A stretch of DNA of 64,000 nt from Octopus sinensis (lineage: Eukaryota). Numbering within the stretch: position 1 is the first letter of the stretch; every line of letters begins with the position of its first letter. Location: contig NC_043020.1 in assembly GCF_006345805.1 (NCBI RefSeq), forward strand, positions 10,354,001 to 10,418,000, read 5' to 3'. The notes under the pieces were generated by a model, which saw only the letters and a list, made by a program, of their open reading frames with translations, was not told the origin of the DNA and searched no databases. The translations under genes were made by a program, and so were the position numbers. This document shows positions 26,453 to 38,344 of the stretch, in pieces.

Positions 26453-27390
26453 ATTTATCCCCTACATCAAGCCTGTATCTGGAAAAAAAAGTCCATAGCA
26501 AGCATACAAAAAACTAACATATTACCAAATTTATTTTGTCAAATTAGTGGTCAACGTATAAAGAAATTTGCTTTTTAGAAGTATAAAGAGGAAAACAGCT
26601 AAATAAATACCAGACACAGTATAAAGAAGATGATTTAGTTAACGATACCCCCAAAGAAGTGCTTCAAAATAACCACAGTCCAATGATTAAAATTGATGAC
26701 AGAATTGAAGAATTCAAAAGAGGTTGATCTGTGTCTAAAAGGTTATTTATCCCCTACCTCAAACCTGTATCTGGAAAAAAAGTCCATAGCAAGCATGCCG
26801 GAGGCCAGATTTGTTGAAAGCACATACGAAAAACTAACTTATTACCAAATTTATTTTGTCAAATTAGTGGTCAACGTACAAAGAAATTTGCTTTTTAGAA
26901 GTATAAAGAGGAAAACAGCTAAATAAATACCAGACACGGTATAAAGAAGATGATTTAGTTAATGAAACCCATCAAAGAAGTGCTTCAAAATAACCACAGT
27001 CCAATGATTAAAATTGATGACAGAATTGAAGAATTCAAAAGAGGTTGATCTGTGTCTAAAAGGTTATTTATCCCCTACCTCAAACCTGTATCTGGAAAAA
27101 AAGTCCATAGCAAGCATGCCGGAGGCCAGATTTGTTGAAAACACATACGAAAAACTAACTTATTACCAAATTTATTTTGTCAAATTAGTGGTCAACGTAC
27201 AAAGAAATTTGCTTTTTAGAAGTATAAAGAGGAAAACAGCTAAATAAATACCAGACACGGTATAAAGAAGATGATTTAGTTAACGATACCCCCAAAGAAG
27301 TGCTTCAAAATAACCACAGACCAATGATTAAAATTGATGACAGAATTGATGAATTCAAAAGAATTCAAAAGAGGTTGATCTGTGTCTGAA
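26453..27390. repeat. ~321-bp tandem repeat, about 3 copies, downstream of the TNF-A stop (putative 3' UTR)
   Basis: TGATTTAGTT at 26631, 26951 and 27272; twin ORFs at 26693 and 27014. Confidence 0.92.
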
Positions 27391-27410
27391 AGCACAATAC
27401 TAACATTTTA

Positions 27411-27796
27411 TTAATGATTATTTTTGTGTAAGTTATTGATAATGAAGTAGCTGGAGAACATATTGGGGCTGATGAATTTTACCATGTTCATCTGCAGAAA
27501 GATTGTGTCATTAGTGTTAAATTTGTATTTAAATAATGACTGTATCACTCCATGTTCTACTATGTTTAAGGAACTTAAACTTCTCTCCATGAACACAGAA
27601 CTTCTCCCGTCATCCTTTCTCTTTAACATCAAGGTTACATTTGATTCAGGAGAACCTTTTGGAATGTACATATGTACTGCAAAGTTTATTTCATACATCC
27701 CACTTTGAGGTATAAGAATGTAAGTTTCATTAAGCAGTTTAATGTTGCCTTCATCCTGACTCTCATCTTTCTTCCACTCTAAGTCAGTATTTCCAT
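27411..27796 (-). CDS. TNF ligand A, exon 4 (TNF homology domain, DGNTDLEW...IPQSGMYEINF...SYFIINNLHKNNH*)
   Basis: TTTTTCAG acceptor, phase 1; L.W, L.IP..G.Y and terminal aromatic strand pattern of TNF domains; 459+70+48+386=963 nt, 320 aa. Confidence 0.85.
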
Positions 27797-27911
27797 CTGA
27801 AAAAGAAATAATTATATTATTCTACATGTTCCTACCTGTCTCTTTTCATGTGTTGTACTTACATCATCAAGAGAAGTTATTACTCAAATGGCTCTTTATA
27901 TGTATATACAT

Positions 27912-27955
<44 letters not shown>

Positions 27956-28291
27956 CATCATCATTATCATCATCGTTTAACGTCTGCTTTCCATGCTAGC
28001 ATCGGCTGGACGATTTGACTGAGGTCTGGCGAACCAGACTCCAATCTGATCTGGCAGAGTTTCTTCAGCTGGATGCCCTTCCTAACACCAACCACTCCGA
28101 GAGTGTAGTGGGTGCTTTTATGTGCCACCGGCATGAAGGCCAGTTAGGTGGTACTGGCAATGGCCACGCTCAAATGGTGCTTTTTATGTGCCACCTGCAC
28201 AGGAGCCAGTCCAGCGGCACTGGCAACGACCTCGCTCGAATGTTTTTTACACGTACCACCAGCACAAGTGGTAGTAAGGTGATGCAGGTAA

Positions 28292-28333
<42 letters not shown>

Positions 28334-29010
28334 TATAATATATTTATATATATAAAAATATATCAGTATTTGTGTGTGTGTGTGTGTGTGTTTGTCCCCC
28401 ACCGCCATTGCTTGACGACTGATGCTGGTGTGTTTATGTCCCCATAACCTAGCAGTTTGGCAAATGATACCGATAGAATAAGTCCTGGGGTCGATTTGTT
28501 CGACTAAAGGCAGTGCTGCAACATGGCCACAGTCAAATGACTGAAACAAGTAAAAGAATAAAAAAAATAATAATATCCTACATGGCACGTAAAAAGCACC
28601 CACTACACTCACGGAGTGGTTGGCGTTAGGAAGGGCATCCAGCTGTAGACACACTGCCAGATCAGACTGGAGTCTGGTGCAGCCTCCTGGCTTCCCAGAC
28701 CCCGGTCAAACCGTCCAACTCATGCTAGCACGGAAAACGGACGCTAAACGATGATGATGATGATGTAGGATATGTCAGCCTTCACAATAATTGCATTGAA
28801 GCCACTTCGATAACAGGTACACAAGATGGGATGCACTTCCCTAGTACCTCACATGATGATGACTACAAATGACCCCAGCCTTCATTTCATTTCAGAATGA
28901 GTTCAGTTCCCTGTAAGGCTGCCCTACTATCTGACAATAAATAAGGCACAGGGACAGGCATTTAACAAAACTGTAAATAATAAACATTTAATCAACATGT
29001 ATATATGAAT

Positions 29011-29340
29011 AACAATTGCAGCGTGGAAGGTGTTTGTAAGCCATTTAAGAAACACACAAAAGCCGTTCGATTCACTTCAACATTTAAGTTTAATTTGTCA
29101 AAATATTTTTGTCGCTTTAAGACCGCGACCTGTTCACTGACAAAAATCCGTGCTGCAGTGAACAGGTCGCGGTCTTAAAGCGACGAAAATATTTTGACAA
29201 ATTAAACTTAAATGTTGAAGTGAATCGAACGGCTTTTGTGTGTTTCTTAAATGGCTTACAAACACCTTCCATGCTGCAATTGTTTTCGTTTCAGCACACG
29301 ATCTCAGATCAGGTCACTTGCTATGCAAGTACATCTCCAA
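29011..29340. mobile_element. Palindromic insertion (129-bp arms, 16-nt loop, ~55-bp tail) with a 13-bp flanking direct repeat
   Basis: Arms 29011-29139 and 29156-29284; TATATATGAATAA at 29000-29012 and 29341-29353. Confidence 0.8.
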
Positions 29341-30824
29341 TATATATGAATAAGTTGTATCATTTTAATTCATCTTTTATTTTCTAAAACTATAAAGCAC
29401 ATCATATCTATCAAATGTATTATAAGGAGGGAAATATGCAATGCCTTATTAGATGGCAGGATATCAAATGAATTTTTGAAACTCCTTGCTTATGTTAATT
29501 AAATATACTAACATAATATTTTCAAATGTGCTGACTTATACCGTGGAATTTCCATGGGCCTACTCTTACTCTCTCTTTTACTCATTTACTTGTTTCAGTC
29601 ATTTGACTGTGGCCATGCTAGAGCACCACCTTTAGTCGAGCAAATCGACCCCAGGACTTATTCTTTGGAAGCCTAGTACTTATTCTATCGGTCCCCTTTT
29701 GCCGAACCGCTAAGTTTCTTGATGTTACATTTGTTCTTTTGTATTTTGTTTATATGTTTTGATGGTTGCTGTCTGCTCTGTAATAGTTAAACCATAACCC
29801 AAGCAATAAACCCCACCCATCTCTAGTATTATATATTTCTTTACTACCCACAAGGGGCTAAACATAGAGGGGACACACAAGGACAGACAAAGGGATTAAG
29901 TCGATTATATCGACCCCAGTGCGTAACTGGTACTTTATTTATCGACCCCGAAAGGATGAAAGGCAAAGTCAACCTCGGCGGAATTTGAACTCGGAACGTA
30001 ACGACAGATGAAAAACGGCTGCGCATTTCGCCCAGCGTGCTAACGTTTCTGCCAACTCGCCGCCCTACATTTCTGCCAGCTCGCCGCCCTAGTATTATAG
30101 GACATATATCTCTGGTATTATAAGACATATGTAATTGTCGTAGCAATAACAGCAGCAGCAGCACAACAACAGCAGTGGCAGTAATAGTAGTAGTAGTTAG
30201 CCTACATGTCTCCAATTTCAATTATAGTTGGTCCATGTCTCTCAGTGTAGCAGTTTACTCATGCTTGTCATAATACTTGAGTCTATAATGTTGATATACA
30301 TCGACCAAGTGTAAAAGTTTCCCCCAGTTCTATAACAGCAGGAGTTAACGCAAATACATAACAGTAGTCATAAACACAAGTCTGTTCTCTCTTTCTCTCT
30401 TTTACTTGTTTCACTCATTTGAATGCGGCCATGCTGGAGCACCACCTTTATTCAAGCAAGTTGACCCCAGGACTTATTCTTTGGAAGCCAGTACTTATTC
30501 TATCGGTCTCTCTTATACCGAACTGCTAAGTTACAGGGACATAAACACACCACCATCGGTTGTCAAGTGATGTTGGGGGGACAAACACAGACGCACAAAC
30601 ATATACACACACATACATATATATATATACATATATACAATGGGTTCTTTCAGTTTCTGTCTACCAAACCGACTCACAAGGCTTTGGTCGGCCCGAGGCT
30701 ATAGTAGAAGACACTTGCCCAAGGTGCCACACAGTGGGAATGAACCCGGAACCATGTGGTTGGTGAGCAAGCTACTTACCACACAGCCATTCCTGCGCCT
30801 ATATAATGAAAGTATTTCAATTAA

Positions 30825-31215
30825 TCTCTCTAAATATAAAGCCTAAGTTGTCCGTGTATGGCAGGTTTGGTAGCCTTCAACTAACACTATCTCCTCTGAG
30901 ACCCTGCAGCGCAAGTTGACCTAAATTGAGAGTATGATAGAAGAAGGCTTGCTCCTCCTTCTGTAGAAGAAAATATTCAATCGGACCATGTTAACACCAA
31001 AAATTCTTTACATCAAAAAGGTCCTTTTTTTCTATGAAAATCACTATTTTTTACGATTGTTTGACTGCTGTGTCGCCATTTTTTGGTGTATTTCAACCAG
31101 AAAAATGTTCACTTAAAAAGAATAACAAGCTACATAATGCAAAATGTTTACTTTTCAAAAATTCCAATTCTAAAGGGTCGAAACAAATCCGAGCAACGCC
31201 AGGCGATACTGCTAG
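30825..31215 (+). mobile_element. Non-autonomous Helitron
   Basis: A|TC...CCGAGCAACGCCAGG...CTAG|T; the paralogous site in gene B (~47423) is empty and shows no target duplication. Confidence 0.85.
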
Positions 31216-31320
31216 TACTGTGATAGTAAGAATTAACTTAAATCTATAACTATAGTTATTTAAGGAAGTAATCCAAATTATGAGAAAAAGTGTGCAATGC
31301 ATCTATGTAAATTAGCTTAC

Positions 31321-31368
31321 CTGGATCTGTATAACCACTTGTTTTCAGGTATAAGAATGCATGGTGGG
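31321..31368 (-). CDS. TNF ligand A, exon 3 (SHHAFLYLKTSGYTDP; first strand of the TNF domain)
   Basis: TTTCAG acceptor, GTAAGC donor, 48 nt, phase 1/1; same size and motif in the paralogue. Confidence 0.85.
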
Positions 31369-31587
31369 CTGAAAGATAAGAAGAGAGAAAGTAGACAAAG
31401 AGAAGGATATATTTGAATACAGGTTCAATATCAAACAGAAGATTATTCAAAGAAAAGGGTTCTTCTTGATGTATTTCATATATTGAATACTTTAGATTAC
31501 CATCTAATAAATAACTATACAGCTTATTAACCATTTCCTCCTCCTCCTCCTCCTTCTCATCATCATCATCATAATGAAAATGATCTA

Positions 31588-31618
<31 letters not shown>

Positions 31619-32239
31619 GTTTAACTTCCGTTTTCCGTGCTAGCACAGGTTGGACGGTTCGACTGGGGTCTGGGAAGCCAGGAGGCTGCACCAGGCTCCA
31701 GTCTGACCTGGCAGTGTTTCTACAGCTCGATGCCCTTCCTAACGCCAACCACTCCGTGAGTATAGTGGGTGCTTTTTATGTGCCGCCAGCACAGGTGCCA
31801 GGGGAGGCTGGCAGCGGCCAAGACTATATAAACATCTGTATATTACACCCATCACATTGTAGTTTCATGAGCTTTAACATGTTCAGTTGCAGAGCAGCGA
31901 TGCCTTGCTCAGACTGATAGTACAATTCTAGTAAACATGTACAGGAGGCTTCATCCTATCAAAGTGTCATCTAAAGCCATGGTGCAGTTAATCTTTGTAG
32001 ACATTTCTTTCACATATTTAATGATGTGGGTATTTTTGCCAATTCTTTCTTTAGTATGTCTGTCATTTCCCAAGCTGATTGTTTTAAGACTGTAATATAC
32101 TGAGGAGATGTTTCGTGGTTTCATTAACATTACTATGTGTTACAGTGTCAGATTATTTGATTGACACAAGAAAGGAGAAATGATGACAATATACAGGGCA
32201 TGATGAATATATTGTCTAAATTACGCAAAAATGAAAATA

Positions 32240-32690
32240 ACACTGACATCTCATTTTAATTGGCAGCTGACTTGGCAGACACCCATGAAATTATTAACCA
32301 TCTTACAAACAATAACTCTGAGCACCTTTTCAAACCCCACCTGTCTACCACACGTGGACATGTTTACAAAGTCAGAAAACAGCACAGCTCCCATGACTTT
32401 CGGAAACATTTTTTTCACGCTAAGAGTTGCTGAAGCATGGCACAGACTGCCAGCATTAGTTGTTAGTTGTCAGAGCACTGCATCCTTCAAAACTTTCATG
32501 CTTCCTAAGATTCGCCAACACTACACCTGATTTTCTCCCCTCCATACACACGCAAGCATGTATCTGACTCATACACTGTTCACTTTCCAGACATTTGTAC
32601 ATTACTGCATATGCTTTATACGCACTTTTGACAAGTTGTGGTGCACCTGAGCACTGTATACAATAATTTCATTATTATTATTATTATTAT
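32240..32690 (+). mobile_element. CR1-clade LINE 3' end
   Basis: FFTLRVAEAWHRLP motif, (ATT)n tail. Confidence 0.82.
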
Positions 32691-32699
32691 TTACCAAAA

Positions 32700-33400
32700 T
32701 TACACAAAAATATCTTGAAATACTAAAGAGCAAATTTATTCAATAAAATTGCTAATGGTATCAACCATGGCCTCCAGACGACTTTGGAATCTTCTGCAAC
32801 TCTTCTGAACAGTCTCCTTGTTTAAGTTGGTGTATGCTGCCATAACCCTTGCCTTCAATTCATCTTTGGTGTTACAAAGAGTTTTGTTGGTCTCTTGCTC
32901 AACTGCTCCCCACACATAATAATCAAGGGATTGTAGTTTTGGGAGTTTGGTGGCCAGGTGTTAGGGGTAATGTGGTCACAGAAATTGTCTGACAATCATG
33001 ACTGGGTTCTCCTACTTGTGTGGTATGGTGCAGAGTCCTGTTGCCAGGCATAGGGTTTTCCAGCAGCTGCCCTCTTAACCGAGGGTAGCACTGCTTCCTC
33101 CAGGCACTTGATGTAGCCTCCATGTTGAGTCTGAGGCCGTATGGGAAGATGAATGCATGCATAACATTGCCATCATAGTGATCACTCCAAACACCATGTT
33201 GTTGACTGGATGTTTGACTTTTATCACTCTCGGTACACATTTTTGGGGATACAGCAAGCCAACAGTTGCTCTGTGTGTTCACCATCTGTTCGTATTGGAG
33301 CTTCCAGCATGAATGCCAAGCTATACAGCATGTCATTTCCAAATTTCTGGCAGATTGAATTGTGTCATGGTACTGTTTTCTCACAGGCAGTTCCCAACTG
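32700..33400 (-). mobile_element. Degenerate Tc1-family transposase fragment
   Basis: Frameshifted DDE-domain remnant similar to the 19560 element. Confidence 0.65.
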
Positions 33401-33733
33401 ACCTATTTCTTTACTACCCACAAGGGGCTAAACACAGAGGGGACAAACAAGGACAGACAGACGGATTAAGTCGATTATATCGACCCCAGTGCGTAACTGG
33501 TACTTAATTTATCGACCCCAAAAGGATGAAAGGCAAAGTCGACTTCGGCGGAATTTGAAATTCAGAATGTAGTGGCAGACGAAATACCGCTAAGCATTTC
33601 GCCAGGCGCACTAACGATTTTGCCAGCTCGCCGCCTTTACCACACAAGGTCAGTTCTCAACTGACCTGCTATACAGTGTAGTTGACGAAATCAAAATCAA
33701 ATAATTTACCCATCACACCATGTATATACTTAC

Positions 33734-33803
33734 ATTGTGAAGGAGGCTGTGGAGGTGATGATGTCGCTGGGTGTAGAGGTAGTGGTTTCACATGCTGGGT
33801 TTT
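33734..33803 (-). CDS. TNF ligand A, exon 2 (stalk KTQHVKPLPLHPATSSPPQPPSQ)
   Basis: Pyrimidine tract-TTTAG acceptor, GTAAGT donor, 70 nt, phase 0/1 bridges exons 1 and 3; flank is paralogous to exon 2 flank of gene B. Confidence 0.8.
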
Positions 33804-34143
33804 CTAAATTGGAAAAAGAAGACATGTAAAAGAAAATTAAGATGTGATGGTGACTGGTGTTGTTTGTATCACTTCCATCATATTATTGTCCTTTTAATGT
33901 CCTACAGAGTCTTGTTACAATCTTGTGTGTGTGTGTGCATATTAATGCATCAAACCTTTTATAAACTAGCAGCCCTTGAATGTATGTTTACCCTAATACC
34001 TTTGAAGGACACTCACATCATCAGGTTCACAATCCTGAGGTAGTGGGGTCAATTCCAGGTGGGGAACCTATACGCCAAGGAAACCGGGAATGTGGCCTTT
34101 ATGAGCCAGGCATGGCTTGAGAAGGAATAAACAACAATATACA

Positions 34144-34461
34144 TCTTTATATATAAAAGAGAAGTTGTGTGTCTGTCTCCTACGATTTAGATTCCTAACT
34201 ACTCCCACATTTTGCAGTGCAGTTTAACCAAAACCGGGTTTCTTATAGTCGGGATTCATATCGAGCCCTTCTGGGTATTTTTTTCCCATTTTAATGCATT
34301 TTTTCGCTATTATATAAGGGAAGTAACTCTCTAAAAATGTCTACCATCATTTTTTTCCATTTTTAATGCATTTTTTTGCTATTTTTTGGCTATAACTCTC
34401 TAAAAGTGCTTATATAGTTATTTCCCTTACAAACCCGAGTAACGCCGGGCGATACTGCTAG
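34144..34461 (+). mobile_element. Non-autonomous Helitron
   Basis: A|TCTTTATATATAAAAG...CCCGAGTAACGCCGGG-GATACTG-CTAG|T; a 3' remnant of the family ends at 6809. Confidence 0.85.
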
Positions 34462-34578
34462 TATATAATAATCTAAGTGGTTCATAGACCATTTGGGGTC
34501 TATTTCTAGCAGACTGATGTTGTAATCATTCAACACCCTTATTATAATTTTATGTGTGTGTGTACGTACGTACATACG

Positions 34579-34629
<51 letters not shown>

Positions 34630-34801
34630 GTTGAGTACCCCGTCGTGACTGGGTAATTTTCACAATAGAATGCCTTGGTGGACTTTCGGAATAGAACACC
34701 CACGTAAGTTGGATTTTCTCCGATTTGGTGGAGATTTTAAAAATTTTGTTTTCACCGCAGCCTTGCAAATGATGATGAAGGGGAAGATTTTTATGAAAAA
34801 A

Positions 34802-35096
34802 CTAGCAGTATCGCCCGGCGTTGCTCGGGTTTGTAAGGGAAATAACTATATAAGCATTTTTAGAGAGTTATAGCCAAAAAAATAAGAAAAAAATGCATTA
34901 ATAATGGAAAAAAATGATGGTAAATTTTTTTTTAAATCGTAGACTCATCGTAGACGCGCGCTAATACCCAGAAGGGCTCGATATGAATCACGACTATAAG
35001 ATACCCGGTTTTGGTTAAACTGCACCGCAAAATGTGGGAGTAGTTAGGAATCAAAATCGTAGGAGACAGACACACAACTTCTCTTATATATAAAGA
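34802..35096 (-). mobile_element. Non-autonomous Helitron, same family, opposite orientation
   Basis: A|TC...CCCGAGCAACGCCGGG...CTAG|T on the minus strand. Confidence 0.85.
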
Positions 35097-36329
35097 TATT
35101 TTTGAAAATTTACGAATTCCCCCTCCTTCCACATTCTTGCCCCTTTCCCACCGATTCTGTCCAATATTTTTCTGCATTCTTCACTTAAGAGCAATGAGAG
35201 ACGCCTTGCGGTAAAAAAAAAAATAAAAGCAAAAAAAGAAAATCTGAAAATTTGAGAATTTAGGAATTTTTTCCAACCCTCTCCTTCCCCACTCAGTATC
35301 GTCTTTTGGCCAAATTGAAAAGATTGAAAAAATTGAAGGTTTAACAAAAAACAATTTTTGTTCAAAAATTTTTGGAAATTAGTGACCATTTAAAAACAAC
35401 AGTGAAATTTAAAAAAAGTTTCCATTAACTCTGCCCGCCATTCCATAAATCCAAAAATGTCGGCTGCTTTTCGAAATTTTTATAAATTATAGTTTTAAAA
35501 TATGGCAGGCCGATTTGTTTCTGAAAATAATTTTCAGACAAAAAGATGTGTGATTTTAAGTAACAACAACAAAAATGTAACTTAAATTTTTAACCGTCCA
35601 CCCCGCAACAACCGAGTCCGTGAATGTGTGTGTGTGTGTGTGTGTGCGTGTGTGTGTGTGTGCGCGTGTGTGCGCGCGTGTCACAGTCGACCATCGGTCT
35701 GTGCAAGACGCGGGCGGGATGTGGAAGCAGTCCTGCACGCTATTGTTCAGTGTCCGGATATTTCGGTTCGGACGTGTGGGCTTATGCCGAACCCCTGCTG
35801 TCGGACGGAAGAAGAGTACAGCTGTCGTCTGAGTCAACCTGTTGTCGGACGGAGGAAGAGTACAGCTGTCGTCTGAGTCAATCCTCAAAAAATGACGAAC
35901 GAAGAAGGTAAGCACTGCTTTTTCGTGATAGCACCAGTTTCGAAAGGGGCCATATGGAAGACTAGAGTGAAAGGTATAATGACAGACAACATGATCTCTG
36001 GCACCGCCTTACGAACTATTTTCAAGTTCCATCTGAAAAGGAAGATGGGGTTAGAGAAAATGTGTCTGTCAGAGTCCGTATTCAAAAAAAGATGGATGCG
36101 TCTTGCACGGATGCTAAGTGTGAAAGACCTTGCATGAACACGCCATGATCACTTGCCAAAAGGTTTCAGTTAAAATAACAGGGCTCGTGGGGGTCGGCTA
36201 TCCTGTTTTTTGAGGGTTTTCTTTTTTTACTTCATATGTCCCTTTTTTGTTCGTTTGTTGGCACTGTCATGCCTTTGGATGTCAGAAGTGAAAGAAGAAA
36301 AATCTGACGTCATTTTATTTTTTTGCCGG

Positions 36330-37156
36330 TACGCGGCGAGTTTCCAGAAAAGAAAGAAACATTATAAAATGCTTATTGTAATATTGTATTTATTGTTTAC
36401 AAAATAAATATAAAATATTGGGGGAAAAAAATAATGATAACTGCCAGTAGTTTGAGAAGCAGACGACATGACAACCTTCATAACCTCCATATCTGTTTCT
36501 ATTTTGATGCCACACCACAACGAAAGAAACATTAGAATATGATTATAAAATGCTTATAAAATGCTTATTGTAATATTGCATTAATGTTTACAAAATAAAT
36601 ATAAAATATTGGGGGAAAAAAATAATGATAACTGCCAGTAGTTTGAGAAGCAGACGACATGACAACCTTCATAACCTCCATATCTGTTTCTATTTTGATG
36701 CCACACCACAACGAAAGAAACATTAGAATATGATTATAAAATGCTTATAAAATGCTTATTGTAATATTGCATTAATGTTTACAAAATATTTTATAAAATA
36801 TTGGGAAAAAAATAAAAATGATAACTGCCAGTAGTTTGAGAAGCAGACGACATCACAACCTTTCCTCGTGACAAATATAGACAGAGATTACGAATCTGGT
36901 AAAAATGTCTGGAAATATTTTTTCTTCGTTTTAACGATACTTCTTTTTTCCCCCAAAGTCTCAACTTTTCATATCTGTTTCAATTTCGATGCCTTACCAC
37001 AAATTGTTTTCGCGTTTGTGTTTATATAAAATTAGCAAATAATTCGTACTGAAAACTTGGTTAAATATGGGTATTTATACAATGTTGATCCGCAACGAAC
37101 CTCTGTGCTGTGTGTGCGTGTGTGTGTGTGTGTCTATGTGTATGTGTGTTTGTGTG

Positions 37157-37198
<42 letters not shown>

Positions 37199-37264
37199 GT
37201 GTGTCTATGTGTATGTGTGTTTGTGTGCATGTGTGTGTGCATGTGTGTGTGTGTGTGTGTGTGT

Positions 37265-37307
<43 letters not shown>

Positions 37308-38300
37308 AAGAATATATTTACTAACAGAAAAGTACGCTATTGAAACCTGTTTTTAATCCCTTTGTCGCCCTAATGAAATTCCTTATACACATGCATACAC
37401 ACACTGTAGACCAGCGCTACTGAAAGTGGTGGTCCGCGAGCCATCAGCTGCCGGTACGCGGCGAGCTTCCAGAAAAGAAAGAAACATTAGAATATGATTA
37501 TAAAATGCTAATTGTAATATTGTCTTTATTGTTTACAAAATAAATATAAAATATTGGAGAAAAAAAGTAATAATAACTGCCGATACACCACATCAAATAG
37601 TTTGAGAAGCAGACGACATCACAACCTTCCCTCGTTACAAATATAGACAGAGATTACGAATCTGGTAAAAATGTCTGGAAATATTTTTTCTTCGTTTTAA
37701 CGATACTTCTTTTTTTCCCCCTAAGTCTCAACTTTTCATTTCTGTTTCAATTTTGATGTCATACCACAAATTGTTTTCGCGTTGTGTTTACTCTTTTACT
37801 TGTTTCAGTCATTTGACTGCGGCCATGCTGAAGCACCGACTTTAGTCGAGCAAATCGACCCCGGGACTTATTCTTTGTAAGCCCAGTATTTATTCTATCG
37901 GTCTTCTTTTGCCGAACCGCTAAGTGACGTGGACGTAAACACACCAGCATCGGTTGTCAAGCAATGCTAGGGGGACAAACAGACACACACACATACACAT
38001 ATATACATATATATATACATATATACGACAGGCTTCTTTCAGTTTCCGTCTACCAAATCCACTCACAAGGCATTAGTCGGCCCGGAGCTATAGCAGAAGA
38101 CACTTGCCCAAGATGCCACACAGTGGGACTGAACCCGGAACCATGTGGTTGGTAAGCAAGCTACTTACCACACAGCCGCTCCTGTTTATATAAAATTAGC
38201 AAATAATTCGTAATGAAAACTTCGTTAATTATGGGTATTTATACAATGTTGATCCGCACCAAACCTCTGTGCTGTGTGTGCATGTGTGTGTGTGTGTGTG
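36330..38300. repeat. Nested local duplications (~181-bp tandem units plus a larger duplicate interrupted by a SINE-A)
   Basis: GATAACTGCCAGTAGTTTGAGAAGCAGACGAC repeated; SINE at 37790-38182 flanked by TGTTTA, empty site at ~37018. Confidence 0.75.
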
Positions 38301-38304
38301 TGTG

Positions 38305-38344
<40 letters not shown>

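Noticed and set aside
26693-27247. Twin 77-aa ORFs MMTELKNSK...
   Set aside because: Antisense by-products of the 321-bp repeat; no recognisable motif or splice support
35556-36137. GC-richer ORFs near 35.6-36.1 kb, and the unassigned segment at 38400-38780
   Set aside because: No motif I can recognise; probably decayed transposon interior, and would need a translated search
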